Positions 1 through 14,007 of a stretch of DNA of 64,000 nt are shown piece after piece. The notes under the pieces were generated by a model, which did no database searches, was not told the DNA's origin, and worked only from the letters and a program-made list of their open reading frames with translations. The DNA lies in NCBI GenBank assembly GCA_964016885.1, contig OZ024749.1, positions 29,884,001-29,948,000 on the forward strand. The letters run 5' to 3'. Origin of the DNA: Eledone cirrhosa. Lineage: Eukaryota. The position numbers and the translations under genes are program-made. Each line of letters starts with the position of its first letter. The first letter of the stretch is position 1.

Positions 1-39
1 GTCAAATTTATTTATTTATAAAACTGCTTATATATTGTA

Positions 40-101
40 TTTTATCTGAAGAAGGCATGCCATATTTTTAATATGGTATCCCTGAAATATGTATAATGAA
101 A
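40..101 (+). ncRNA. Type I hammerhead ribozyme motif, family A (PLE pLTR)
   Basis: TTTTAT-CTGAAGA-[AGGcATGCCAT..ATGGTATcCCT]-GAAA-TATGTA-TA-ATGAAA; helices I-III pair, AUA site. Confidence 0.75.
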
Positions 102-546
102 TAAATATGGTTTTATAAATATAGCTTCCATTTGTTTAATATCGTATATATATACATATATATATATATACATATATGGATATATATACATATATATACA
201 TATATATACACACATACACACACTCACATATATATATCGTATTTATATACATAAGCACACTCACACAATATTTTTCTAGAAGTTCTCCACACAAACATAT
301 ACACAAACGTTTTAGTGATTTTGGTGAAAGTAGAAACATTTCTTCCTTAAGACAACTTTTTTGGAGGAGTATTAGAATTTACTGGTTCAAGGTTTGTTGT
401 CGTGTAAAAACCCCGTGTAGGGGATTGCTGTCTCTTTCCAATTTAAACTTCGTAGTGTTTATAGTTAACAGAGGCGTCTTCTGTAAAAACATATATACAT
501 ATATACGCAGACACGCACATACATACACACATACACACACAAAATA

Positions 547-588
<42 letters not shown>

Positions 589-760
589 GACAGACACAGA
601 AACATACACATACATATATCACACAAAAAACATATATACATATATATGTATGTACGTATACAGTAGAAATAGACGTGATAAGAATGTCTTTTCTGCTGAA
701 TGTCACTCTTACTACACTTTCTAAAAGATCTGATTATCAGAAATGTTTTTCTTTTCCTTT

Positions 761-814
<54 letters not shown>

Positions 815-824
815 CATATATCTT

Positions 825-880
<56 letters not shown>

Positions 881-1051
881 CATATATCTTTGTATATATA
901 TATACATAACATAAATAACATGTATGATGATGTTTTTTATGTGCTTTATAAATATTTACAAAATAATTTGTTTCTCGAACGATATATCTCTTTTTCTTTC
1001 TTATATATATACATATATCTTTTAATATATATATATATATATACATAAATC

Positions 1052-1119
<68 letters not shown>

Positions 1120-1121
<2 letters not shown>

Positions 1122-1337
1122 ACGAAGGAAATGTAGTAAGGAACCAGGTGGACCATAACGCACCAAAGTACTCAATACTTAGGGTAGTAGAGTGGGTAAT
1201 AGGAACGGCTGAGCTCAAGCCGTTTCGACGGCTAATTCCGGACTAAATCATTTAGTCCAGAATTAGCCGTCGAAACGGCTTGAGCTCAGCCGTCGGGGTC
1301 CTACCTCCGATTCAACCCGGAATAACTTACCTATATT

Positions 1338-1393
<56 letters not shown>

Positions 1394-1620
1394 TAAGTTA
1401 TTCCGGGTTGAATCGGAGGTAGCCACAGTAAGTAAGGTACTCAATACATAGAAGAGTATAAAAGTTTTAATATAGAAGAGATTCTACAGGACTAGAACTG
1501 ATCTCACGAATGAAACAGTTAGTTCTAGTCTTGTAGAATCTCTTCTATATTAAAACTTTTATACTCTGCTATGTATTGGTTACCTCCGATTCAACCCGGA
1601 ATAACTTACCTATATATATA
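1120..1620. mobile_element. Cluster of fold-back PLE-terminus fragments (families C and B) between (TA)n tracts
   Basis: Inverted repeats 1205-1292 and 1445-1575; 3' half of a hammerhead GAAA-CGGC-ttgagctca-GCCG-TC-GGGG; same sequences recur at ~22.1, 23.1, 28.7, 30.7, 32.9 kb. Confidence 0.65.
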
Positions 1621-1846
1621 TACAGTATATATAAATATAATTTCAGCGAGATTCGTATTTCGGCCAGGGTCGAAAACAAACGAAACGCAATATCCCTGTT
1701 ATGCTGGCAAGCGGTCCATGGATCAAATAGAGACCAGCGCAATAAACAAAGGTTATAAGGACCAAACAAACTGAGATGGCGGTTAAGAAGCCATCAACCA
1801 CCTGAGCCAAAAAGACGAGGCAAGCTAAACAGGTCAAACAAATAAA

Positions 1847-1914
<68 letters not shown>

Positions 1915-2740
1915 TTCTACAGAACTGTTTCATCCAAAAGGCTTTCCTGGTTATTTCTTTTGAATGAAATAGATCTAGTCTTGTAGAAGACATTTCTATA
2001 TTAATATTTATACTCTGGTATGTATTGAGTACCTTACTTACAGTGGTTACCCACAATTGAACCCGGAATACACCCCCCCCCCCCTCACACACGTATATAT
2101 ATATATATATTATATATATATATATTTATGTATGTATGTATGTAAAAACACCAGCAACAGCACGGTTACCACCACCACCACCACCACCACCACCACCACC
2201 ACCACTACCACCACTAACAACAACAGCACCAATAGCAGCAATAGCAACAGCAACAATAGAACCGACATAGTAGATTTCTGTGTAGGATTTGATTAAATAT
2301 GGAATTCATTTGATCGTTAAGATGACAAAAGCTTTAATAAGCGGCTCAATCACTGAAACCATCTTATATAGCTGATGAATTGTGGGATTGACATTTTAAA
2401 TGTGGTTATTTTGAGACTTCGATAATTCGAAAATACTTTTAGTCGATAAAGTATTTACTTATCCTGCAGAAATGTAGCTTATGAGATTTCGAGAACAGGG
2501 AATGCAGCTCTAATAGGATTCACCCCTCCTCGCCTTCTACCCCAACACGCACGCACACACACACACACAAACACATACACACACAACAACATAGATTTTG
2601 CTCTCTCTCTCTATATATATTCAGTGAGTTTTCATACACTGTACTGTCGCTTGCTTCTCCGGATATATATATATATAAATATATATATATATATTATGGA
2701 ATACTGTTGACTTTTTGCTACAATGTTTTCTATACCTTTC

Positions 2741-2787
<47 letters not shown>

Positions 2788-3354
2788 AAAAAATGGGGAG
2801 AAGGATACTGCAGGTTGCACATGGATAACATGTTATAAAATAAGTCCCTCATCAGTGATTTGCCAACGATCATAGATATTTCATTGCATTAAAAATCATA
2901 TACCTCACGTTGGTGCAATAATAACTAAATTAAGTTATTAGGACAATTAAAACGCGTAAAGCGAGTGAGACAAGTAAACAACAAAGAGAAAAGCTAACCG
3001 TAGATAGGAAGAGGCACAAGCTACATAGTTATCCTATCAGCATAAGCTGGGTGAATATATGAGCGCGTAGAAAATAGACCTTTCGAGATGAATCCAATGT
3101 AAGAAAGAAGGAAATTGTTTTCGTCGCGAACGGGGTGAAGTGAGAAGGGGAGAAACAGTGAGTGAGTGAGTGGAAGTGTGAGGAAGAGGTCAGTAGAGAG
3201 AAAGTGTTAACTGACATGACAGAGGGGGCGAAAGAAAGTAAGAGAAACAGAGAGAACGAGGGAGCAGTAAGAGAGAGAGAGAGAAAAACAGAATCGCAGT
3301 TTAGGTAGATATATGTGAAAAAATGGGGAGAAGAATACTATATATATATATATA

Positions 3355-3490
3355 TATTTATTTATTAAAATAACAAATTAAAGTTTAAGCAAAGAATCGC
3401 TGCTTTCACCCTTAATGGGATGAAATCTCATTAAGGGTGAAAGCAGCGATTCTTTGCTTAAACTTTAATCTGTTGTTATTTTAATAAATA
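3355..3490. mobile_element. Fold-back of family D PLE terminus (3' half of HHR on both arms)
   Basis: Arms AAAGAATCGCTGCTTTCACCCTTAATG / CATTAAGGGTGAAAGCAGCGATTCTTT. Confidence 0.65.
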
Positions 3491-3574
3491 TTTGCTCTAC
3501 GGTTCTTATATATTTGATATATATTTATACTTATCGAGCTCTCTTTGGATTTTAGTCTTCAAATTTATTATTAT

Positions 3575-3817
<243 letters not shown>

Positions 3818-4035
3818 TATGTATATATATATATATAATAAGGATAAAGGAACAATGATTCAGTGTTGCCTCATAACATATTTATATATAATAGTAGAAC
3901 ACTAGTGAGTTATATCCGTAGTAGTAGAGCACTGAGTTCATGGTACGAGTTTAGTAGAGGTAGTTCCAGAACAGTTAGTTCACATATTACAGAGAACAAT
4001 TGTTTAACCTTATTTGGATAATCAGATCGGTTTAA

Positions 4036-4078
4036 ACCGAGCTGACGATCCGAATAAGGTGAAACAATTGTTCTCGGT
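4036..4078 (+). ncRNA. Minimal type I hammerhead ribozyme
   Basis: ACCGAG-CTGACGA-T-CC-gaataa-GG-T-GAAA-CAATTG-TT-CTCGGT; 6-bp helix I, palindromic helix III, GUU site; degenerate mirror copy ~3990-4032 (-). Confidence 0.85.
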
Positions 4079-4122
4079 AATGGTGAACTAACTGTTGTGG
4101 AACTACTTATATATATATATAT

Positions 4123-4164
<42 letters not shown>

Positions 4165-4168
<4 letters not shown>

Positions 4169-4378
4169 GAAAATCTGAAGGCAAGGTAAAATTGCAATCA
4201 TTTAATCACGACACATGTTTCAATAAGAGATAGATCGATTGTGAAGCCATGATCGATTATCACCGATCTCATCTGCGGTGATAATCGATCATGGCTTCAC
4301 AATCGATCTATCTCTTATTGAAACATGTGTCGTGATTAAAAGATTGGAATTTTACCTTGCCATCAGATTTTCATTTTG
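4165..4378. repeat. ~100-bp-arm palindrome with HHR-like GAAACATGTGTC ends
   Basis: Near-identical inverted arms centred at ~4270. Confidence 0.75.
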
Positions 4379-4817
4379 ATACTTATACTCCGTTTTACAT
4401 CATCTAGCTGTTCCCTCGAATGGAATTGGAGATATACAAAAGCGTGGAGAACTTTAATATTGCTAACATAAAGTTATTGGACCATTTTACACAACCAATA
4501 ATGCACCTTACTATATAACAACTATATATATATATATACTCACCAAAACAACAACAAAAGGCCGGATGGAATATATACTTTAGAATTTTAATTCCGCGAA
4601 AGCACTATACATATTTCAATGGCCCATCTCTATCATCCTATTATGATGAAAACCAAGGTGATTTCATCAGGTTTATTTGCAGAATTATGTCACCGGATTA
4701 AGACGTTGAATCCAGAGAATGGAAGATACGTGATAGAGAAAAAAATAGAAGATAGAAGATAGAAAATTAGATTCGGGGACAACTTACAAATATGGTGTTA
4801 TATGTATAAAAGTATAA

Positions 4818-4867
<50 letters not shown>

Positions 4868-4869
<2 letters not shown>

Positions 4870-4912
4870 ACGGTCGACTTTCGTCAAATCGGACCGAGGA
4901 AACAATGTTTCC
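4868..4912 (+). ncRNA. Hammerhead-like motif with variant core CGGUCGA
   Basis: GGA-CGGTCGA-CTT..GAG-GAAA-CAATG-TT-TCC; related 3' sequence at ~47085-47150. Confidence 0.4.
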
Positions 4913-4984
4913 ATTGGTCTTTCCAATTGCTAATACTATCTATCGGTCGCAACTCCAGGTACAAGGAGCAACGTGAAATAAAGT

Positions 4985-5223
4985 GTCTTGAGAGGAGACT
5001 GAGGTTAGCTGGACATGCTCACCGACATCCAGAGTTGACACTGCACTCAGTGCTCCTGTGGGAAGACCTGTATGGACACACTGGAAGAGGAAGACCGAAG
5101 CTAACATATGTTGATGCCCTAAGGACAGACACTGGTTTGTTGGAGACGCAGAACATGGCAGCGATAATGAGGGACAGAGACCGCTGGAGAGAACTCGTCC
5201 ATGGATCTTGGGAATTTTACGCG

Positions 5224-5227
<4 letters not shown>
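4985..5227 (+). mobile_element. RTE-type LINE 3' fragment
   Basis: RRLRLAGHAHRH..LLW...GRGRPKLTYVD.LR.DTGL...MRDRDRWR matches the C-terminus of RTE-group RT ORFs. Confidence 0.75.
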
Positions 5228-5271
<44 letters not shown>

Positions 5272-5402
5272 AAGAGATATTTAATTTGTTGGAAATCCAA
5301 CAAATATAGATGTTTACAACTGATTCAAAGCACTCGACAGTTTCTGGAGTAAGTATTCAATTGATATTAAATAAATGGAAACTATATTTATAAAACCATA
5401 TT

Positions 5403-5462
5403 TATTCTATTATATATATTTCAAGGGTACCAACATTTTGGTACGCTATCATCAGATAAAAT
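5403..5462 (-). ncRNA. Hammerhead motif, family A
   Basis: TTTAT-CTGATGA-..GTACC aaaatgtt GGTAC..-GAAA-TATATA-TA-ATAGAA. Confidence 0.6.
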
Positions 5463-5976
5463 ACAAAAATACCGGGGTTAATATAATGAATATAGATCCT
5501 CTCTCAAATTTTCTGGCCTTGCGTTTGTGTGGAGAGACAGAATACAGAAAGCAACACGACTAACATCTGATATCAGTGTTTGGAAATACTGCCTGAAACT
5601 GTTTTCATATCACATCTCCATTTTTCTGTATTCTAGAAAATACACTGGTGTATATCTAGCTTATTTCAGAGGACAATCTCTCATGATTAATGGTGAATAT
5701 ACACACATATACAAAAGCATATATATATATGTATATTTATATATATGTATATATGTATGTATATATATATATGTATATTTATATATATGTATATATGTAT
5801 GTATATATATATATATATATATAAAATACGTAGTTAAGAAAGCCACAACAATGCAGAGGGAAATCTCGAGGTAGGAAGTGAAAGATAGATAGGAAAAACA
5901 GGTGAAAGTGAAAATTGAGAGAGACAAAGATGAAAACAAAACAAAGGTAGAAGGGTTACCGTAGTGGAGATTTAAT

Positions 5977-6009
5977 CCCAATATTTCGGGCTCACGCCCA
6001 TCAACGGGG
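5977..6009 (-). ncRNA. Hammerhead-like motif, variant core CCGUUGA-U, in PLE 3' region
   Basis: CC-CCGTTGA-T-GGGC-GTGA-GCCC-GAAA-TA-TT-GGG; homolog at 28318 with covarying helix II. Confidence 0.5.
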
Positions 6010-6464
6010 TAAAGTTCCAAAAGGGGGGGAACAGGCCAAGCGGAGAAAGTTGTGATGTCGTTAAGACAGGAATGCCGTTATGGGGAGAAAATTATTTAAA
6101 ATTTAAACGAGGGAAAGAATGCGCGTGCGCGTGATAGGCTGTGGCAAAAGCTACTGACCAAATGGGTTAAATCAAGAGGGTGCGCTAGCGTGTGAAAGCC
6201 GTAAGATATGTGTGTGTAAATATATATGTGTGTGTAACTGTGTGTGTATAAGTGTAAGTGTGTATATGTGTGAGTGTGTGTGTGTGTGTGTGTGTGAAAG
6301 ATAGTGGGCTGTAGAAGCTGGAAATCAAAGGGTGTGAAAGGTGGTAGGTTGTAAAAACATGTGTGCGTGTATAAATATAGATGTGTGTGTGTATGCGTAT
6401 GGGTATGCATATACGTGCGTGTGTGTGAAGATAGCAGGCCGTAGGCTGTGAATGGTCACTATGG

Positions 6465-6935
6465 TTAAGTTAGCCATGTCAGCTCATTTCTCTCAGCCCG
6501 GTTGTTAAGTGGGGGTCTGAGGTTCTTAATAACAAGTGCTTCCTTTATCCTTAAGGATCCGATGCTGCGTTCAGTCGCTAGGACTGTGACCAAGGGTCTA
6601 CCCTGTGGGTTTCCGCATTTAAGGATGTGTTTACGGAAGGAAGATGCGTTAGTGTTGATATGTTCCTTGATACGAACATGTAGGGGTCGGATGGTGCTAC
6701 CTATGTAAAACTTGTTACATTTATCGCATTGAATCTTATATACGACATAGGTGCGTAGGCAATCTGCCCCCCGTATCGGGCAGTTGCTGAGGGAACACGT
6801 CCCATCTGACTCGTCGGGTTTGTTGGAGAGGCATCTTCGCAGCGAAGGTCCTGTGTGGGCCAAATGTATGTCAAGTTCCTCCGTCCGTATGGCCCTGCGG
6901 ATAGCGTTCGTGGTATATTCACTCAGGTGGGGGAT
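6465..6935 (-). pseudogene. PLE GIY-YIG endonuclease C-terminal fragment
   Basis: CSLSNCPI..C..YVVYKIQCDKCNKFYIGSTIRPLHVRIKEH..H...LRIKEALVIK..PPLN. Confidence 0.9.
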
Positions 6936-7068
6936 TTTCACTTTCACCTGTTTTTCCTATCTATCTTTCACTTCCTACCTCGAGATTTCCCTCTGCATTG
7001 TTGTGGCTTTCTTAACTACGTATTTTACACATTTCACAATGCTTGCTTCAAGCAAACTTTAACACCCT

Positions 7069-7129
<61 letters not shown>

Positions 7130-7369
7130 TTGTATAGAAATGTACACCTGTATATATCGAGACACAGATACATACATGTACACATGCATACACACATTTG
7201 CCCAAATTCTCCGAATAACAAAAATGTAGATGTTAGTGTAAAACCAAACTTCTTAACACTATCTCACCAATTCACTTAAAATCATTAATTTCTGAAATAT
7301 GTATCAGCTGTAGTAGTTAGTATTACTCACAAACTGGATGCATATATGTAAACGTACACGTATATATAT

Positions 7370-7618
7370 GTTTTGGAAAATGTGTGAGATCCTTGGTACT
7401 GTTAGTTATATTTAATAAAAGGAAAAGAAGGAGTTCACTTGTAGTTCTAAATAATTTAATTTAATTCTATAATATTATAATTTTACAATTTGATTTTGTG
7501 GAATTGTAAAATTATAATATAAAATTAAATTAAATTATTTAGAACTGCAAGTGAAGTCATTCCTTTCCTTTTTTTTTAAAATATACCTAACAGTACCAAG
7601 GATTTCCCACATTTCCAA

Positions 7619-7620
<2 letters not shown>
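7370..7620. repeat. Imperfect ~120-bp-arm palindrome
   Basis: ATCCTTGGTACTGTTAG / CTAACAGTACCAAGGAT and inner arms, centre ~7495. Confidence 0.7.
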
Positions 7621-7675
<55 letters not shown>

Positions 7676-7749
7676 ATGCATACATATATATCCAGTGAGT
7701 GTAACGCGGAGATACAGAGTGTAATATAATATAATAATACATTGTATTA

Positions 7750-8062
7750 TAGGTTGACTTTGCCTTTCATCCTTACGGGGTCGATTAAATAAAGTACCAG
7801 TAATGAACTGGGTAATTGCTGGCCTTGTGCCTAAAGTAGAAACAATTATTATAGTATATATATATATTAATACAACGTAACTCTTTGCTGCAAAGGTTCT
7901 GACGCTATGCTTTGCAGCAAATAGTCACGGCCCTTTATGGGGTGAGTTCAATTCCCGCCGAGGTTAACTTTGCCCTTCATCCTTACGGGTTCGATAAAAT
8001 AAAGCAGCAGTAATACACTGTGGTAATTGCTGACCTTGTCTCAAAAGTAGAAACAATTATTA
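7750..8062 (+). mobile_element. Two tRNA-derived SINE copies (Meta-like core)
   Basis: GAGTTCAATTCC B-box and core GCCTTTCATCCTTACGGGGTCGATAAAATAAAGTACCAG. Confidence 0.8.
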
Positions 8063-8363
8063 TATATATAATAAATGTAATCTGAGTTTTTCGAATATTA
8101 ATAATAATATTCGATTCGTTTGCTGCAATTATGCAAGCCTAAATATATATGAAATGTGAAACGTTGCTGTTTGTGTGTTTAGAAACCTGTACAGTGCAAG
8201 TGTTAGATTACTAAGGTAACAATTCTAGAAAAAATTGAGAGAGTTTACATAGAAATTAAAGTGGAATAAGGAAGAAAATAAAGAAAACGAACAATTATTG
8301 AAAGTTACCATAGCAAACTGTCACATCTTATATAAATAAATAGATAAATAAATAAATAAATAA

Positions 8364-8415
<52 letters not shown>

Positions 8416-8604
8416 GTTATTCCGGGTTGAATCGGAAGTAACCACAGTAAGTAAGGTACTCAATACATTGCAGAGTATAAAAGTTTTAATATAGATGAGA
8501 TTCTACAGGACTAGAACTCTTTCATTATTTAGAAATCATCAGGAATCCTGATGATTTCTAAAGAATGAAACAGTTCTAGTCCTGTAGAATCTCATCTATA
8601 TTAA

Positions 8605-8607
<3 letters not shown>
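8416..8607. mobile_element. Family B fold-back with head-to-head hammerheads
   Basis: CATCAGGA-A-TCCTGATG centre; + copy CTGATGA-TTTC-TAAA-GAAT-GAAA-CAG..CTG-TA-GAATC at 8548-8591. Confidence 0.75.
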
Positions 8608-8656
<49 letters not shown>

Positions 8657-8701
8657 TAAAGAAAACGAAAAATCAGTGATGCATCTGGACTTAATTTGTT
8701 G

Positions 8702-8792
8702 CGTGTTACAAATGTTTCGCCGGCATGTAGCTCGAGACATGGTCCTTGTATGGATCTGGCTGATTCTACTTCTGCGGGTTCTTTCAGACACG
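8702..8792 (-). ncRNA. Hammerhead motif, 8-nt core, long helix II
   Basis: CGTGT-CTGAAAGA-(~60 nt)-GAAA-CATTTG-TA-ACACG. Confidence 0.55.
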
Positions 8793-9869
8793 AGTGTTTC
8801 GTCTGGAGCAAATTTTATCACTGGGGTGTTATCACCAAAAAACCCTACTTCCTCTCTTGTCATGCCATTCGCTGTTTTTACTCAACGCCATCACAAGTTC
8901 TGGTCAGTATCTGCTGCCACACGGGTCATCAGCCATTTTTCCGTCCGACATATTTCGATGGAGTCATGCTGGGTTCAGTAATTCACACGTCTGGTCACAC
9001 TTCAGAGTAAGCACCCACACATACTAACATACACTCACAAACACACACACACATGCAGACACATACATATTTATGCATACACACACGTACGCCTACATGC
9101 TCATACACACACACACATACATCCATAAATGTATATGTACACACACACTCTCCCCCTCACTTCCACGGACCCAGTCACACCCACTTGTAGATACATATCG
9201 CAACAAGCCTTATGACAGCTGCTTAATTCGCGCCTGGTCCACTCAAACATACACATATATACATACATACGCGCGCACACATAGATATGCCCAACCTTAT
9301 ATACATTTATATATATATATATATATATATACACATTCATACGCACACGTATATAATGCACACATACATACACATACATAGATATACACACACATGTGTA
9401 TACACATATATATACACACACATATATACATACACACATATATATACACACACATATATACATACACACATATATATATATATACTCACACATGCCCACA
9501 CATACATACAAATACACATACCTACATAGACATTACATACACACGTACATACACACACACACATATATATACACACACAAAAAAACGACAACTTACTATG
9601 CATATGCACAGCCACATATATACATACATATATCTACGCATATGCCGACATATACACATCTATACATGCATACGCACACGTGCTGCCACATGCATACACC
9701 TGCAGATATGCATATTTGCCTAAACACACATGTGCTTCCACATATACACATATAAAAAAACCCGTAAATTAAAAGTTAAAAATGCATTATGAAATAAAAA
9801 AACACAATATACCATAAAATAACGGTAAATTACCGTAACATAAAATATACAATATAATATAATATATAA

Positions 9870-9945
<76 letters not shown>

Positions 9946-10786
9946 ACACACACATGTACACAGATTCATACATACATATACGGATATATACGGATATATA
10001 TAAAGGATATGTGATAAAGTAATACAACAAGAATAATAGTAATAATAAAAAGCATATACACTCCATATATAATCGTCCGCACACATTCCTATGAGATGCA
10101 CATAAACACATACATGCATGCACAAATACACATACACACATATAGACGCCCACATATGCATGCACCCGCACCCACACATATAAATCTATATATATATATA
10201 CACACACATACATATATATACACACTTACCCAGCCCCCCACACACACACCTACTCATACGTGGCTATACGTACATACGCACACATATATCGACATAGATA
10301 CATATATATATTCATATATACACACACACATATACATACACACATACACCCTCATTCCGCCACATATGTACATACATGTGCATGTCTGCACACACACGCG
10401 CATATAAGCTCATGCACACACGTACCCATGCCCATATACACCCCCGCACCCACACACGTATATATATATACATATATATACACATCTACACACACACACA
10501 CGTACATGTACCCACGCACAGGTCCACACATAAAAACACGCGAATATAAACACAATATGATAATAAAATAAAATAAAAAAATAAATTTACAATATTTTAG
10601 GGTACATTAAAATCTGTATGTAACTGCATTAATATGTACAAGAAAAAGGGGTAAAATAAAAAAACGGGGAGGGGGGGGGTACAGGAGAAGGTGTGTGTAT
10701 CCATGTGATATACTACACACAGGTAGTATGAGATGCAAACTTGTGCCCGTGTATAGAACAGGTAACAGTAACATAGCAATAATAGA

Positions 10787-11165
10787 ACAATAATTGTTTC
10801 TACTTTAGGCACAAGGCCAGCAATTAACCAGTGCATTACTGGTACTTTATTTTATCGACCCCGTATGGATGAAAGGCGAAGTCAGCCTCGGCGGGATTTG
10901 AACTCAGATCGTAAAGGGACGTAACTATGCTGGAAAGCATGGCGTCCGATCCTCTACATAATAATAGAACAATAATTGTTTCTACTATTGGCACAAGGCC
11001 AGAAAATTACCCAGTACATTACTGGTACTTTATTTTATCGACCCCGTAAGGATGAAAGGCAAAGTTAACCTCGGCGGGATTTGAACTCAGAATGGCAAGG
11101 GCCGTAACTCTATGCGTCAAAGCATGGCGTCCGAACCTCTACCGATACTGCCAATCCACCGCCAT
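10787..11165 (-). mobile_element. Two tandem tRNA-derived SINEs (Meta-like core)
   Basis: Head GGCGGTGGATTGGCAGTATCGG (A box), GAGTTCAAATCC (B box), conserved core. Confidence 0.85.
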
Positions 11166-11468
11166 TAATAGAACAATAATGATAGTAATAATCACTGTTC
11201 AAAAGTGGAACAGGTGGAGAGTATATAGTCACGATTGACGGGGTACACATTCAGTATGACGCCCGTCCCGGTCGCCATGGCTGGGGTGTGCTGTTCTATA
11301 TGTTTAGGGCACAGGACCGGGCGGCACTGGGGCTCGTGTCAGCCGGTCCCTGCCCATGCGGTGTATCTTCCAATGTTGTCTGCCCGGTCAAGTGCGAACC
11401 TGGTTTACATATGTTTGCCTCACGGGTCGGACACCGCCATCATGGCATGGCGTCAGGTCCCCTAATCT

Positions 11469-11559
11469 CGTGTCTGAAAGAACCCGCAGAAGTAGAATCA
11501 GCCAGATCCATACAAGGACCATGTCTCGAGCTACCTGACGGCGAAACAATTGTAACACG
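11469..11559 (+). ncRNA. Hammerhead motif, 8-nt core, long helix II
   Basis: CGTGT-CTGAAAGA-..-GAAA-CAATTG-TA-ACACG followed by AATAAA. Confidence 0.65.
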
Positions 11560-11928
11560 CAATAAATTAAGTCCAGATGCATCACTGATTTTTCGTTTCC
11601 TTTATACTATCTACACTCTACTCTGCTGAATATCGAGTGCTAATTTTGGCATACTGCCTATGGAAGCACCATAGCTACCATTATACACAACTATATATAT
11701 ATATATATATATAGAATTTCGCTCTACATGGCTGAATACCATAAATGTAATCTGAGTTTCTCGAATATTAATAATAATATGCAAACAAGCCTCATTTTTA
11801 AAGCAATGTCAGTAGAAGGAGTCCCTCACTCTATACATGGCTCATGCATATATATATATGTATATATATATATATAGATATATAGATATATATAGGTCTG
11901 TGTGTGTATATATTTATATATATACATA

Positions 11929-11986
<58 letters not shown>

Positions 11987-12036
11987 TATGTATATTTATA
12001 AATATATATACACACACACACACATATATATCTATA

Positions 12037-12090
<54 letters not shown>

Positions 12091-12147
12091 CATATATACA
12101 AACATAAACATATATATATATGCATTTATATATATGTATAGATATAT

Positions 12148-12220
<73 letters not shown>

Positions 12221-12494
12221 TATATACATACACACATACACACACGCGCGTATAACATTGAAAGCCCATTCAGAAATTAACGAATTAAATAATTAAAAAA
12301 TTTAAAAGAGTCAACATTTATTGTAACTTCTTCAGATTTTAAGGTGTTATTCATCATCTTGTAGAAAACTAGTTTTTCTTGGAAGGTGACTAATATTAAA
12401 CCCCTCACATGACTGAGTGTCAGTGTGTAGGCTTATCATCCTATCATACCGTACTATATACATATAAAGACACACTCACTGTCATGTTGTATTA

Positions 12495-12775
12495 TATACA
12501 TATAGACGTACACTGTCCACGATGTTGCACTATATACATATAGACGTACATTGTCCAAGATGTTGCACTATATACATATAGACGTACATTGTCCAAGATG
12601 TTGCACTATATACATATAGACGTACATTGTCCAAGATGTTGCACTATATACATATAGACGTACATTGTCCAAGATGTTGCACTATATACATATAGACGTA
12701 CATTGTCCAAGATGTTGCACTATATACATATAGACGTACATTGTCCAAGATGTTGCACTATATACATATAGACAC
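12495..12775. repeat. 38-bp minisatellite (~7 copies)
   Basis: GACGTACATTGTCCAAGATGTTGCACTATATACATATA unit. Confidence 0.9.
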
Positions 12776-12825
12776 ACAGACTATCACCCTCTTACTATAC
12801 ACATATACACATTGACTGTGATGTG

Positions 12826-12865
<40 letters not shown>

Positions 12866-12919
12866 GATTGGTGCTCTGAAATAGCGATGTATACATGAAT
12901 GTATGTATAGTATATTTGT

Positions 12920-13807
12920 CAATCTTAAAACCTCCCAACCCACTTTTTTCACAGAAACCAGGAAGAATTTCCAAAACTGATCAGATTAGAGCAAAAATCA
13001 CGAGCACTCTATCTCAAAATTATTTTTGAAAAGCATAAGAAATGCGCAACCGGTAAAAATTAAAACTAAAACTGAATACTAATAATTAGTACTAATTTAT
13101 ACTTATTCCTAAATAAACTATTTTTCACTGGGAAAAATTTGTCAGCATTTTCTTTTCCTTTTTACTAATATATCACAACTCGTGTGTCACACCTCTATTT
13201 TTTAAAATATATATATATATATATACGATATTAATAAATGGAAACTATATTTATAAAACCATATTTATTTCATTATACATAGTTAAATTATGGTATGCCT
13301 TCATCAGACAAAATACAATATATATCAGGTTTACAAATAAGCATTGACGTACCCTTTCAAAATGCGACCATTACTTTTGGAGGATATCCTGATGTCCTTC
13401 AAAAGTAATGGTCGCATTTTGAAAGGGTACGTCAATGCTTATTTGTAAAACTGATATATATTGTATTTTGTCTGATGAAGGCATACCATAATTTAACTTG
13501 GTATCCTTGAAATATGTATAATGAAATAAATATGGTTTTATAAATATAGTTTCCATTTATTAATATCGTATATCTACTCCAAATACTTGTCGAGTGCTTT
13601 ATATCAGTTATAAAAATATTTACTTGTTGTATCCCAACAATTTAAATAGAACTTTTGCATATATTTATATATATATATATATATATATATTAATTACCGT
13701 AAACTCTTGGTAGATTTATCTACATATATTAATGTATATATGTATATATATATATATATATTAATTACCGTAAACTCTTGGTAGATTTATCTACATATAT
13801 TAATGTA

Positions 13808-13846
<39 letters not shown>

Positions 13847-13975
13847 TGACTATCATGTCATGCTATATACATACACACACGCTGACTATTATCGTCTTTC
13901 CTTACACACACACACACACACACAGAGGCTATCATGTTGTATGTTGTAATATACATATATACGCTGACTATCATG

Positions 13976-14007
<32 letters not shown>

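Larger units (their letters stand above)
5821..7071 (-). mobile_element. 5'-truncated Penelope-like element with inverted pseudo-LTR
   Basis: GIY-YIG ORF flanked by inverted repeat 5821-5915 / 6934-7028; inserted in (TA)n. Confidence 0.85.
8652..11612 (+). mobile_element. Probable degenerate PLE bounded by inverted HHR-bearing pLTRs
   Basis: Inverted repeat 8652-8794 / 11467-11611, each with a hammerhead; weak endonuclease-like residue at 8800-9010. Confidence 0.55.

Noticed and set aside
4603-4675. Minus-strand CTGATGA..GAAA-TATGTA-TA motif
   Set aside because: Only 2-bp helix I and ambiguous helix II; not counted.
12495-12775. 38-bp repeats resembling CRISPR
   Set aside because: Contiguous units without spacers; eukaryotic context.
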